Assembly (NCBI GenBank): GCA_002737665.1
Contig: NSIF01000002.1
Coordinates: forward strand, 5,698 to 69,697
DNA: 64,000 bases
Source of the DNA: Flavobacteriales bacterium
GTDB taxonomy: Bacteria > Bacteroidota > Bacteroidia > Palsa-965
Direction of reading: 5' to 3'
The notes under the pieces: generated by a model
Databases searched by the model: none
The model's input: only the letters and a program-made list of their open reading frames with translations
What the model was told of the DNA's origin: nothing
Made by a program: the position numbers and the translations under genes
Shown: in pieces, positions 19,514 to 29,080 of the stretch
Layout: each line of letters begins with the position of its first letter
Position numbering within the stretch: position 1 is the first letter of the stretch

Positions 19514-20695
19514 ATGATTGCTACAACGAACGCTAGTCCACTTATAAAATTAATCGAATCTTCAGAAATATCGGAGGAACTAAAACTTATTGCTAAGAAA
19601 GTTTTAGCAGGAGAACGAATTTCAATAGAAGATGGATGTACACTTTACCATCAAGGGGAACTTGGTTTTTTAGGAACACTTGCAAATTTCGTAAGAGAAA
19701 AAATGCATGGCGATTACACCTATTTTAATCGCAATTTTCATGTTGAGCCAACAAACATTTGTGTATTTGATTGTAAGTTTTGTTCCTATTCAAGACTTCT
19801 AAAACAAAAAGAAGGTTCATGGGAAATGAATACAGCGCAAATGTTAGCGATTGTGCAATCGTACAAAGGAAAACCAGTTACCGAAGTTCATATTGTTGGG
19901 GGGGTGCATCCGAAATTAGGACTTGATTTTTTTGCAGATTTACTTTCTAAGGTACGGGAACTTATACCTGAAATTCATATCAAAGCTTTTACGGCTGTTG
20001 AATTGGATTATATGTTTCGAAAAGCAAAAAAAACTTCGGCAGAAGGTTTACAAATTTTAAAAGATCATGGATTAAACTCTTTACCTGGAGGCGGTGCTGA
20101 AATATTTGATGAAGAAATCAGGAAACAAATTTGTGAAGACAAGTGCTCGTCCGATGTTTGGTTAGAAATCCATGAAACCGCACATCAATTAGGAATACCT
20201 TCAAATGCAACCATGTTGTATGGACATATAGAAACATACGAACATAGAATAGACCATATGGATCGCTTGCGTAAATTACAAGACCGTACGCATGGATTTA
20301 ACACCTTTATCCCTTTAAAATTTCGTAATGGCGATAATCAAATGTCAAACATCCCAGAAGTATCGGCCATTGAAGATATGCGAGCATATTCGATAGCAAG
20401 AATATTTTTGGATAACATTCCACACCTCAAAGCATATTGGCCAATGTTAGGCCGCGCCAGTGCTCAACTTTCACAAAGCTTTGGAGTAAATGACATTGAC
20501 GGAACAATTGATGACTCCACAAAAATTTATTCAATGGCTGGAAGCGAAGAACAAACACCAATAATGAGCACAAAAGAACTCGTAGACTTAATTAGTGTTG
20601 TAGGACGACATCCGATAGAGCGAGATACATTGTACAATATAAGAAAAGACTATAAAAATTTTAATTTTAATGAATTGGAAATTACCGCAAATTAA
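19514..20695 (+). CDS. Radical SAM menaquinone (futalosine pathway) enzyme, MqnE/MqnC family
   Basis: 393 aa. Carries EPTNICVFDCKFCSY (CxxxCxxC radical SAM cluster) and an overall CofH/MqnC/MqnE-like layout. I cannot distinguish MqnE from MqnC by eye. Confidence 0.7.
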   Translation: MIATTNASPLIKLIESSEISEELKLIAKKVLAGERISIEDGCTLYHQGELGFLGTLANFVREKMHGDYTYFNRNFHVEPTNICVFDCKFCSYSRLLKQKEGSWEMNTAQMLAIVQSYKGKPVTEVHIVGGVHPKLGLDFFADLLSKVRELIPEIHIKAFTAVELDYMFRKAKKTSAEGLQILKDHGLNSLPGGGAEIFDEEIRKQICEDKCSSDVWLEIHETAHQLGIPSNATMLYGHIETYEHRIDHMDRLRKLQDRTHGFNTFIPLKFRNGDNQMSNIPEVSAIEDMRAYSIARIFLDNIPHLKAYWPMLGRASAQLSQSFGVNDIDGTIDDSTKIYSMAGSEEQTPIMSTKELVDLISVVGRHPIERDTLYNIRKDYKNFNFNELEITAN

Positions 20696-20719
20696 TTTCT
20701 GTGAATTTATTTATAAAGT

Positions 20720-21385
20720 ATGATTGCTGCGGTAATTTTTGATATGGACGGTTTGATAGTAGATTCAGAGCCGTATTGGAGAATTGCAGAAACAAAAATA
20801 TTTGGAAATTTAAGTGTAGCACCCGCTGAAGCAGATTTTGAAAAAATGATGGGGAGGCAAATCAATGAAGTAATTCAATATTGGCACCAAATGCACCCAT
20901 GGGAAAATTACTCCTTAGCGCATACTCAAAAACAGATTCTTTCGGAAGTAGAAAAATTAGTTATTGAAAATTCGGTTTTACTTCCTGGTGTTCTTGAAAT
21001 AATCTCTTTTTTGAAAAATAAAAATATTTCAATTGCGTTGGCTTCCTCCTCTCCTACTTCACTTATAAATGGAATTACAAAACATTTCGGAATTTTTGAT
21101 CAATTTGAAATTATTTGTTCTGCAGAATATGAGAAATCCGGAAAACCGCACCCAGCTGTTTTCCTGACTACTGCAAAATTGCTTAAGGTAAATGCGGAAA
21201 GTTGTTTGGTTTTAGAAGATTCTTACAATGGAGTTCTTGCTGCAAAAGCTGCACAAATGAAATGCATCGCCGTTCCATGTAAAGAACATTTTTCGCAAAC
21301 AAGATTTGATATTGCTGATTTAAAACTTAATTCTTTAAAAGAGTTTTCTCTTGATCACTGGGAAATGCTTTGTAATAAAAATTAA
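20720..21385 (+). CDS. HAD-IA family sugar-phosphate phosphatase (HxpB/YniC-like)
   Basis: 221 aa with HAD motif I VIFDMDGLIVDSEPYW, motif II ALASSS and motif III/IV GKPHPAVF ... LEDSYNGVLAAKAA. Confidence 0.75.
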   Translation: MIAAVIFDMDGLIVDSEPYWRIAETKIFGNLSVAPAEADFEKMMGRQINEVIQYWHQMHPWENYSLAHTQKQILSEVEKLVIENSVLLPGVLEIISFLKNKNISIALASSSPTSLINGITKHFGIFDQFEIICSAEYEKSGKPHPAVFLTTAKLLKVNAESCLVLEDSYNGVLAAKAAQMKCIAVPCKEHFSQTRFDIADLKLNSLKEFSLDHWEMLCNKN

Positions 21386-21390
21386 AACAA

Positions 21391-22449
21391 TTAATTTTCC
21401 TCTTCCAAAATAGGTTTCTGCTGTACATACAATCTCCACTTTTCTAATAAAGCAGTCATATCAGCTGGAAGATCGGAATCAAATTCGACCCATTTTTTTG
21501 TTTTCGGATGAACAAAACTTAATTTTTTTGCGTGCAGTGCTTGTCGCGGGCAAAGAGAAAAACAATTATCAATAAACTGTTTGTACTTAGTAAATGTAGT
21601 CCCTTTTATAATTCGATCGCCCCCATAGGTGGTATCGTTAAAAAGTGGATGGCCAATCCATTTCATATGGGCTCGAATTTGGTGTGTACGACCTGTTTCT
21701 AATTTACATTCTACCAAAGTTACATATCCAAATCGTTCAAGCACTTTCCAATGTGTAACCGCATGACGACCAAATGAGCCGTCATGAAATACTTCTTGCA
21801 CACGTCGGTCCTTCAGACTACGACCTATATTACCTGTAATGGTTCCCTCATCTTCATCAAAATCACCCCAAACGAGTGCATTGTATCGACGGTCATTTGA
21901 ACGTTCAAAAAACTGCTTGGCTAAATATGCTATTGAAAATTCTGTTTTAGCAACAACCATAATTCCTGAAGTGTCTTTATCCAGCCGATGCACCAAACCA
22001 GGACGAGATTCCTCACTCGATTCAGGTAGATTTTTAAAATGCCATAACAAACCATTCACTAATGTTCCTGTAAAATTTCCAAAACCAGGATGCACAACAA
22101 GTCCAGGTTGTTTATTGATGATAACAAATTCCTTGTCTTCATAAAATATATTCAAGGGAATGTTTTCGGCAATAAGTTCAAATTTTACTGGAGGATGTGG
22201 CAGTAGAATTTGAATGACATCTCTCGGCTTAACCTTATAACTTGGTTTAACTGTTTTATCGTTTACGAGTATGTTACCAGCGTCAGCGGCCGCGGCTACT
22301 TTAGTACGCGAAACTCCAGCTAATTTATGAAGCAACCATTTATCAATCCGCAACATCTCCTGTCCTGGATCAACCAAAAAGCGGTGATGCTCAAATAATT
22401 CCTGATCGGAATCTCCTAATGAAGGATCTATTAATTCTTCGCTTGACAT
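21391..22449 (-). CDS. rluD: RluA/RluD-family 23S rRNA pseudouridine synthase
   Basis: S4 domain (LRIDKWL) and catalytic HRLDKDTSGIMVVAK, plus GRTHQIRAH. The ATG at 22449 (MSSEEL) is preferred over the track's GTG at 22467 because a TACCTTTG promoter box lies inside the GTG extension. Confidence 0.85.
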   Translation of the reverse strand: MSSEELIDPSLGDSDQELFEHHRFLVDPGQEMLRIDKWLLHKLAGVSRTKVAAAADAGNILVNDKTVKPSYKVKPRDVIQILLPHPPVKFELIAENIPLNIFYEDKEFVIINKQPGLVVHPGFGNFTGTLVNGLLWHFKNLPESSEESRPGLVHRLDKDTSGIMVVAKTEFSIAYLAKQFFERSNDRRYNALVWGDFDEDEGTITGNIGRSLKDRRVQEVFHDGSFGRHAVTHWKVLERFGYVTLVECKLETGRTHQIRAHMKWIGHPLFNDTTYGGDRIIKGTTFTKYKQFIDNCFSLCPRQALHAKKLSFVHPKTKKWVEFDSDLPADMTALLEKWRLYVQQKPILEEEN

Positions 22450-22454
22450 TTGCG

Positions 22455-22462
22455 CAAAGGTA
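22455..22462 (-). promoter_or_regulatory. Candidate -7 box (TACCTTTG) 5 nt upstream of the rluD ATG
   Basis: The reverse strand reads TACCTTTGcgcaaATG, an exact TAnnTTTG match. Confidence 0.4.
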
Positions 22463-22639
22463 GACACAGAATGACAATATGTTATGAATTATAATTACAC
22501 AATACAAATTGAAAAAATAATCCAAAATAGCCCTGATAGAACCAAAGCTCCGCCGAGGTGATAGCAGGTAAAATGTTTCTTAAAACTGAAATTTTTATGC
22601 TCCAAAAAAAAGCGAAGCGTAGCTATTAATTATTCAAAT

Positions 22640-24013
22640 CTATTTAGATTTAGCCCATTCCAGAACCGCCTTGTTATATGCAGCCACGACAGCAGTTAGT
22701 CTAGCATTTAGAATAAATGGATATTGATTTTCTGATGCTACATTAGGTTTTTCAATTAATCGTAAGCACTCCTTAAAATTATCTTGGTACAATGCTTCTC
22801 CATAAATAATTGTTCCCTGAACTAAACGTGTTAAAGATAAATTTCGACAAAAAACTCCTGGACCAGCTGGAATACAATTTTCCAACAAATAAGTAGCATC
22901 TGTTATTTTTGCTAAAGGAACATTCAATTCTGTTTGAAAATGACGAGCTGTAATGCCAGCAGCGATAATGCTATTTTCAATTTCCTGCGTTAAAAGCAAA
23001 CGCAAAAAGTCGAAACGTCTTTCAAAATCGGAAAGTTCGTTTTGTTGGAAGCTGCCGGGAACAAATGTCATGCAATAATTTTGCGAAGTAGGTGTTACCC
23101 ATGGTTTATTTTTCTCATCGACATTGTAATGAATAAATATTGTTAAATCAGGATTGAACGCATTAATTACCTGTGCACGTTTACGAAGTTCTGCATCTCG
23201 AAAAACATATCTAAAAATAATATTTTCTTTTTTTATTTTTCCGCTACGCAATTTTTTAAGGCGAACATCTGTTGGATTAATTTTACAAAGAGAATCAAGT
23301 GTTCGTTTGTAATCGTACTTTTTCCATTGCTGATAGGTTTTCCCAAAGGCAGTGATATTGGCCTGTGGGCGAGTCAAAAAAACTTCGGCACCTTGTTTGC
23401 GCAAAAGCGTGGCTAACGCATTCGCAGTTTGCCAAGTCAACATACCTTCTGCCATAGAAACTACTTCTTCACTTTCTAAAGTTGGCTCTGATTTTTGAGA
23501 ATTATCCCGCAGATTAAATAATAAATACTTATCCTCCAACCTCCCCATTGCTGTGTCGGATGCAATATGACCGGGATCAAGAGCAATTTTCAAACCTTTC
23601 AATGGCGAAATAGCGTTAGACTTATTGCTTACTGAAGGAGAAAAATTAGAATAATGTTTTACAATTGAACCTGAAAAGGATTTACTTCCTTTAGTACTAA
23701 ACACATCCATAACCTCTTTACGGGAGAGGTCGTTGTACATATTTTTAAAAATCTGAAGCTCTGACCAATAAAGACGATACTCTGGTTTATTCACTTTCTT
23801 TTCATTCGCACCAGCAAAAATTGAAATGCCAAAAATATCAATTAAATAATGATCGCCTAATGCTGAATCACGATCAATATACTGGTGCATTTTCTTATTG
23901 TAATGTCTCATTAAACTATCCGCACCAAGTATAGGCATTTGGGCGCTTAATGAAAATGAGCAACAAAGAGCCATGCCAACATTAACCATTTTCAAACAAA
24001 TGGATTTCCTCAT
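22640..24013 (-). CDS. Secreted protein, possible N-acetylmuramoyl-L-alanine amidase (Amidase_3-like) with insertions
   Basis: 457 aa with a signal peptide. KIALDPGHIA, IFIHYN and GEALYQDN resemble the zinc-ligand and C-terminal motifs of Amidase_3. The assignment is weak. Confidence 0.4.
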   Translation of the reverse strand: MRKSICLKMVNVGMALCCSFSLSAQMPILGADSLMRHYNKKMHQYIDRDSALGDHYLIDIFGISIFAGANEKKVNKPEYRLYWSELQIFKNMYNDLSRKEVMDVFSTKGSKSFSGSIVKHYSNFSPSVSNKSNAISPLKGLKIALDPGHIASDTAMGRLEDKYLLFNLRDNSQKSEPTLESEEVVSMAEGMLTWQTANALATLLRKQGAEVFLTRPQANITAFGKTYQQWKKYDYKRTLDSLCKINPTDVRLKKLRSGKIKKENIIFRYVFRDAELRKRAQVINAFNPDLTIFIHYNVDEKNKPWVTPTSQNYCMTFVPGSFQQNELSDFERRFDFLRLLLTQEIENSIIAAGITARHFQTELNVPLAKITDATYLLENCIPAGPGVFCRNLSLTRLVQGTIIYGEALYQDNFKECLRLIEKPNVASENQYPFILNARLTAVVAAYNKAVLEWAKSK

Positions 24014-24435
24014 TTTCTCTTTCGTTTTTTTTCAATATGTATAAAAACTAATTTGCCATTAATGTATTTTCGGTATTCATACTGGTGCTTATCGCATTTA
24101 GACTTTTCATAAAAGTTTCTTTTCCCTGCTACATCATAAAGAATTTGAATCGCCTCAATTTCATAGCAATGGCGTCCACCAAAACCAACTTTAGTATAAC
24201 GCTCCGTATATTTTAAACGAAATCCTGTAATAGAATCAAAGTCAGTCCGCATAATTTTTGTTTCCTTATAAAAAGTAAAAAGATCTATATTTTTTGGCGT
24301 TTTAACTTTTACAATAGTTAAGCTTTTCAACTTTCCATTCTTATAGAATTCTTTCAAGACCGTTTTGTTCACAGTAGCACAGCTACAATGAAACGAAAAT
24401 ACAATCGCTAAACCAACACAAATAATGTATTTCAT
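24010..24435 (-). CDS. Small secreted protein with MORN/YwqK-like repeat
   Basis: 141 aa with a signal peptide and a basic tail. EFYKNGKLKS resembles a MORN-variant repeat. Its stop overlaps the downstream start (ATGA at 24010-24013). Confidence 0.3.
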   Translation of the reverse strand: MKYIICVGLAIVFSFHCSCATVNKTVLKEFYKNGKLKSLTIVKVKTPKNIDLFTFYKETKIMRTDFDSITGFRLKYTERYTKVGFGGRHCYEIEAIQILYDVAGKRNFYEKSKCDKHQYEYRKYINGKLVFIHIEKKRKRK

Positions 24436-24551
24436 TAGTTAAATTAGAATCATAAAATTACACAATATCCAGTAAAATAGAAAAGTATAGAAAGTTAAAA
24501 CTAATAAAACAGTACTGCCATAATAGATTATAATAGTATTACCTAGTACTT

Positions 24552-24559
24552 TACGTTTG
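24552..24559 (+). promoter_or_regulatory. Candidate -7 box (TACGTTTG) for arfB
   Basis: Exact TAnnTTTG match, 13 nt upstream of the ATG at 24573. Confidence 0.4.
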
Positions 24560-24572
24560 CTATCTTTACAGC

Positions 24573-24977
24573 ATGTCCATTAAGAATTTGATGTTATTAA
24601 ATGAATGTAAAATAAAGGCAACACGATCTGGTGGCGCTGGTGGACAGCATGTGAACAAAGTTTCATCAAAGATTGAAATTATGTTTGATATTCCATCTTC
24701 AAAATTGCTATCAGACAACCAGAAGGAAAACTTGCTTATTAAATTGCGTAACCGTTTAACAATAAAAGGCATTTTAAGAATTACGGAAGATGGCGACCGT
24801 TCACAACACGAAAACAGAGAAAAGGGTATTGTTAAATTTTATACGATACTTGAAAATGCATTGAAGCCAATAAAAAAAAGAAAAAAGACTCGTGCAACTA
24901 AAGCATCGAAAGAGCAAAGACTAACATCGAAAAAGATGAATGCAGATAAAAAGAAGCTTAGGAAAGAAAAGTTTTAA
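24573..24977 (+). CDS. arfB: Alternative ribosome-rescue factor / peptidyl-tRNA hydrolase ArfB (YaeJ)
   Basis: 134 aa with GGQ motif SGGAGGQHVNKVSSK and a long Lys/Arg-rich C-terminal tail. Confidence 0.8.
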   Translation: MSIKNLMLLNECKIKATRSGGAGGQHVNKVSSKIEIMFDIPSSKLLSDNQKENLLIKLRNRLTIKGILRITEDGDRSQHENREKGIVKFYTILENALKPIKKRKKTRATKASKEQRLTSKKMNADKKKLRKEKF

Positions 24978-25039
24978 ATCAACCCGATATTTTCAAAGAA
25001 ACACAAATTAATTGATCAAAAAAATTACCTAATTTAAAC

Positions 25040-26269
25040 ATGAGAAAAAATAAAATTGTACTGATAGTACTCTCTCTATTTTTACAACCTGTTTTGAAAG
25101 CACAAGTTGGTGGCTGCACAGATATTCTTGCTTTAAATTATAACGCATTGGCCAATCTAAACGATGGGAGCTGTAGTTATGCCATTGCCTCCATTGCACC
25201 GATATCAAGTTTCAACCTCGACAGCAACCTGAATGAAACCTCAGGATTGATCAATTGGAATAATTCGATTTGGACACACAACGACAACAGCGATTTGAAT
25301 CTTTATTCAATTGATACGTTGAATGGAAGTTATTTACAGTCTTGTATGTTAGCTGGCGTATTGAATAATGATTGGGAAGAAATTTCTCAGGACATTAACT
25401 TTATTTATGTAGGAGATTTTGGGAATAATCAAAATGGGAATAGAACAAACCTAAAGATTTTAAGAATTATTAAAACTTCAATATTGGCAAATGCGCCCAT
25501 AATTGATACAATCAATTTTTCCTATTCAGATCAAAATAATTTTACAGCAACCGGTGGCAACAATACCGACTTTGACTGTGAAGCATTTATAGTTTCTACT
25601 GACAGTATTTATTTATTTACAAAACAATGGCTGAGTAACAAGACTAGTTTGTATGCCCTGTGTAAACTTCCGGGAACATACGTTGCTAATTTAAAATCCA
25701 CTTTTGATGTTCAAGGGCTAATTACAGGAGCGGTTTACCTGGAATCAAAAAATCTCATTGCACTATGTGGATACAGCAATCTGTTACAACCATTTACTTA
25801 TTTACTATATGATTTTAACGGAGCAAATTATTTTGGGGGAAATAAAAGAAAAATAGCTATTGCACTACCCTTTCATCAGGTAGAAGGGATTTGTTCAACA
25901 ACTGGATTAAAATATTATTTCTCCAATGAATACTTTAGTCAACCTCCCATTGTCACCAACGTACAAAAACTTCATGTTTTTGATTTAAGCGTTTACTTAT
26001 TAAATTACCTAACAAGTGAGCCAACGCATGAAAAAATTAATAATTATTTAATTTACCCAGTTCCTGCAAATGATGTTTTGACTATAAAAACAGATAAAAT
26101 GCATCTGCCAACAAATTATTTTATAATCAATGAACTTGGAGAAATTGTATTAAATGGAAAACTGACGAGTGAACACGAAAACATTTCTATCACTAATTTA
26201 AAAAGTGGTTCTTACATATTAAGTATTGGAATACGGAAACAAGGAACTTTCCGAATCATTAAAAAATAA
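25040..26269 (+). CDS. Secreted T9SS cargo protein of unknown function
   Basis: Signal peptide, an N-terminal GGCTDILALNYNALANLNDGSCSY motif, a central region with ETSGL / WTHNDNSD / DCEAF beta-propeller-like motifs, and a C-terminal YPVPANDVLTI ... GSYILSI T9SS CTD. Confidence 0.5.
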   Translation: MRKNKIVLIVLSLFLQPVLKAQVGGCTDILALNYNALANLNDGSCSYAIASIAPISSFNLDSNLNETSGLINWNNSIWTHNDNSDLNLYSIDTLNGSYLQSCMLAGVLNNDWEEISQDINFIYVGDFGNNQNGNRTNLKILRIIKTSILANAPIIDTINFSYSDQNNFTATGGNNTDFDCEAFIVSTDSIYLFTKQWLSNKTSLYALCKLPGTYVANLKSTFDVQGLITGAVYLESKNLIALCGYSNLLQPFTYLLYDFNGANYFGGNKRKIAIALPFHQVEGICSTTGLKYYFSNEYFSQPPIVTNVQKLHVFDLSVYLLNYLTSEPTHEKINNYLIYPVPANDVLTIKTDKMHLPTNYFIINELGEIVLNGKLTSEHENISITNLKSGSYILSIGIRKQGTFRIIKK

Positions 26270-26285
26270 GTAAGTTTATTTAAAA

Positions 26286-27191
26286 CTAAATTACTTTTTG
26301 GGAAATCAATATTTCAATCTCTTTAAGTTGAGTTGGATTGAACCAAGTAATGGCTGTATCACGACGCCACCAAGTCAATTGTCTTTTGGCATAATTTCGT
26401 GAATGCTGTTTAATTAACTCAATTGCCTTTTCTTTTGTAAGGTGTCCATCAAAATAATCGAACAATTCCTTATACCCCACAGTTTGCAATGCATTCATTT
26501 TTCTATAGGGGAAAACCGATCTTGCTTCTTCCTCAAGCCCATTTTCAAACATCACTTCTACCCGATTGTTAATACGAGCGTACAATTCTTCACGAGGAAG
26601 ATCCAAGCCAATTTTCAAAACTTCAAATGCATTAGACTCCGCCTTTCCTAATCGTAATTCAGAATACTTTTTTTCTGAAAGTCTACAAATTTCAATGGCA
26701 CGCATCAAACGAGCGGGATTATGCTTATCAACTTGTGCGAAATAGATAGGATCAAGTTTTTTTAATTCGTCTTGTAAAACGGAGATCCCTTTTTCTTGAA
26801 ATTCCAAATTCAATTCTGCACGAATCGTAGGATTAGCGTCTGGGAGTTCATCAAAACCATTGATGACAGCGTCCATGTACAGTCCGCTACCACCAGCCAT
26901 AATGATAATAGCATGTTTTTTGAATTCTGAAATTAATAATTCACGCGCTTCCTTTCCATATCTACCAGCATCAATGTGTTCATTAATAGAACTAGAAGCG
27001 ATAAAAAAATGAGCTACCTCTTGAATTTCTTCAGGTGTAGGTTGAGCTGTACCAATTGGAATTTCCTTATAAAGTTGTCGCGAATCAGCAGAAAAGATAA
27101 CTGTATTAAATCTTTTCGCTAAAGCAATAGCGAGGGAAGTTTTCCCAACAGCAGTTGGTCCCAATAATATAACAAGTAATGGCTTCAACAT
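26286..27191 (-). CDS. miaA: tRNA dimethylallyltransferase
   Basis: 301 aa. Carries the GPTAVGKTSLAI P-loop, DSRQLYKEIPIGTAQP and YAKRQLTWWR. Confidence 0.9.
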   Translation of the reverse strand: MLKPLLVILLGPTAVGKTSLAIALAKRFNTVIFSADSRQLYKEIPIGTAQPTPEEIQEVAHFFIASSSINEHIDAGRYGKEARELLISEFKKHAIIIMAGGSGLYMDAVINGFDELPDANPTIRAELNLEFQEKGISVLQDELKKLDPIYFAQVDKHNPARLMRAIEICRLSEKKYSELRLGKAESNAFEVLKIGLDLPREELYARINNRVEVMFENGLEEEARSVFPYRKMNALQTVGYKELFDYFDGHLTKEKAIELIKQHSRNYAKRQLTWWRRDTAITWFNPTQLKEIEILISQKVI

Positions 27192-27875
27192 TTATTGTTC
27201 TTCGGAATCATCACCGTAAGCTTCCTGCTCAAAATCATCGCCCGCATCATCACCCCCATTCTCATCTGTTGGCTCTGCTTCTTCCGAATCAGAAGGAGCA
27301 TCTTCACCCTCTTCTGAATCACCAAGATGATCCATTTCATCAATTCCCTCATCTGCTGAAAATATTTTTTCTTTTATATTACTATCAACCTCATCTTCTT
27401 CATCTTCATCAACAACAGGTGCAACAATATTTTGCTTGTATTGTTTTGGAGCACTCCCTTCTGATTTTGTCAACATTGGATAATTTGCTGTTGAATCCAA
27501 GGGAACAATTTTTAATAACTCAATCATTAATGTCCATTTCTCGATAGGATCATAGACATAAACCATTTTTTGATGAGGATCCTCAATGTATTCCGCAATT
27601 TTAGAGTTCGACATAGCACGAACATCTTTTTTCTTCTTAGGATTGGGATAATCGTCCTCGTCCTCCTCTATTGGTCCTGGATTCAAAGCAAGTTCTTGGC
27701 CCTTTCTCCAAAAATCATCACTCATAAAAAAAGAAGCTTCTTTTTTACTATCAAATTCTATTGCTTTAAGAATAGACAAGTGAAAATCGTGATAAGATTG
27801 TTTTCCTAAAATATCAATTTCACGACAAAAATCTTCCTGGTCTTCAAAAACGATACGGAAACGATAAACAGCCAT
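27192..27875 (-). CDS. PRiA4b-ORF3-like domain protein with long acidic C-terminal tail
   Basis: 227 aa. YRFRIVFEDQEDFCREIDILGKQSYHDFHLSILKAIEFD and VYVYDPIEKWTLMIELLKI resemble the plasmid pRiA4b ORF-3 / IS1096 TnpR-passenger family. The last ~80 aa are Asp/Glu-rich. The stop abuts the miaA start with no gap. Confidence 0.4.
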   Translation of the reverse strand: MAVYRFRIVFEDQEDFCREIDILGKQSYHDFHLSILKAIEFDSKKEASFFMSDDFWRKGQELALNPGPIEEDEDDYPNPKKKKDVRAMSNSKIAEYIEDPHQKMVYVYDPIEKWTLMIELLKIVPLDSTANYPMLTKSEGSAPKQYKQNIVAPVVDEDEEDEVDSNIKEKIFSADEGIDEMDHLGDSEEGEDAPSDSEEAEPTDENGGDDAGDDFEQEAYGDDSEEQ

Positions 27876-27893
27876 TTTTATTTATTTGGAACA

Positions 27894-27901
27894 CAAAATT
27901 A
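27894..27901 (-). promoter_or_regulatory. Candidate -7 box (TAATTTTG) for the PRiA4-like/miaA pair
   Basis: The reverse strand reads TAATTTTG, 18 nt upstream of the ATG at 27875. Confidence 0.4.
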
Positions 27902-28012
27902 CCAAATTCAAATCATATCATCAAAAGCTATAAATAAAATTTAATGAACTATAGCAAAAAATAAAAATGGCTGTGCCAAAAAAAACTTATCGTAAAACAT
28001 TAACTTTACAAA

Positions 28013-29050
28013 ATGCTCCTGCACAAACAGTATATGGCCCGCTGTCTTGAACTTGCCAAAAATGGAACTGGTAATGTTGCCCCCAATCCATTGGTAGGGT
28101 GCGTGTTGGTTCATAACGAAGTTATCATAGGAGAAGGTTGGCACGAGCAATATGGTGGCCCACATGCGGAAGTAAATGCAATTAGAAGCGTACAGAATAA
28201 AGAATTGCTAAGTGAAGCCACGTTATATGTAAGTCTAGAGCCTTGTAATCACCAGGGAAAAACGCCACCCTGTGTAAATTTAATTATTGAAAAAAATATT
28301 CCTTATGTAGTGGTAGCCTGCTTGGACGAAAATCCACTTGTAAAAGGAAAAGGTATCCAGCAATTAATATTAAATGGAATTGACGTAAAGGTGGGTGTAT
28401 TGGAAGCAGAAGCACAATTATTAAATAAACGATTTTTTACTTCTGTAACAAAAGAACGACCATACATAATATTGAAATGGGCGCAATCCAGCGATGGATT
28501 TATAGATCACCAGCGCGATGTAATAAAAGAACGCGCCATCATAAGCTCTCCTCCATCACATGTATTAGTGCATCAATGGCGGTCGGAAGAAGCGGCCATT
28601 CTTGTAGGAACAAATACAGTCATTGCAGATGACCCACAATTAACAGTTAGATTAGTTGATGGGAAAAATCCTGTTCGTGTGACTTTTGACAGGAACCAAA
28701 GAATTCCTGAAACCGCAAAAATATTAGATGGTTCAGCGACAACAATTGTATTCACTGACGGTCCCTACTATTCAACTGACAATTGCGAATTTATACCAAT
28801 TGATTTTTCAATAAATACATTGGCAGAAGCTATGAAAATATTAAGTGAGAAAAAAATTCAATCAGTACTTGTTGAAGGAGGTGCAGTATTAATAAATAAA
28901 TTTATTGAGCAAGGATTGTGGGATGAAGCAAGAGTATTTGTTGCAGAAAAAAAAATAGGAAAAGGAGTACTGTCACCTCGTATAAATAGTGATTTTACAA
29001 GCGAGCAAACTATTGGAACAGATCAATTACTTACATATTACAACAACTAA
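28013..29050 (+). CDS. ribD: Bifunctional riboflavin biosynthesis deaminase/reductase
   Basis: 345 aa. Carries the deaminase zinc motifs HAEVNAI and LEPCNHQGKTPPC, with a C-terminal reductase domain (SVLVEGGAVL). Confidence 0.9.
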   Translation: MLLHKQYMARCLELAKNGTGNVAPNPLVGCVLVHNEVIIGEGWHEQYGGPHAEVNAIRSVQNKELLSEATLYVSLEPCNHQGKTPPCVNLIIEKNIPYVVVACLDENPLVKGKGIQQLILNGIDVKVGVLEAEAQLLNKRFFTSVTKERPYIILKWAQSSDGFIDHQRDVIKERAIISSPPSHVLVHQWRSEEAAILVGTNTVIADDPQLTVRLVDGKNPVRVTFDRNQRIPETAKILDGSATTIVFTDGPYYSTDNCEFIPIDFSINTLAEAMKILSEKKIQSVLVEGGAVLINKFIEQGLWDEARVFVAEKKIGKGVLSPRINSDFTSEQTIGTDQLLTYYNN

Positions 29051-29080
29051 TTTCGAAATTTATTTCTAAACCCAATAATT

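Noticed and set aside
19898-19904. G7 homopolymer (GGG GGG G) inside the radical SAM mqn gene, as a possible phase-variation site
   Set aside because: The gene is a core biosynthetic enzyme and the tract encodes a conserved Gly-Gly. It is noted only as a control that tempers the interpretation of the C8 tract in the sensor kinase.
25776-25784. Isolated near-consensus DnaA box (TGTGGATAc), plus another (tcATCCACA) near 44757
   Set aside because: These are single 8/9 matches inside coding regions with no clustering or adjacent AT-rich unwinding element. They are expected by chance and are not evidence for oriC.
27179-27547. 122-aa His/Leu/Gln-rich ORF on the plus strand
   Set aside because: It is antisense to the polyacidic tail of the PRiA4-like gene. 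GAT/GAA repeats read in reverse give ATC/TTC/CAT-type codons. Its low complexity explains the open frame.
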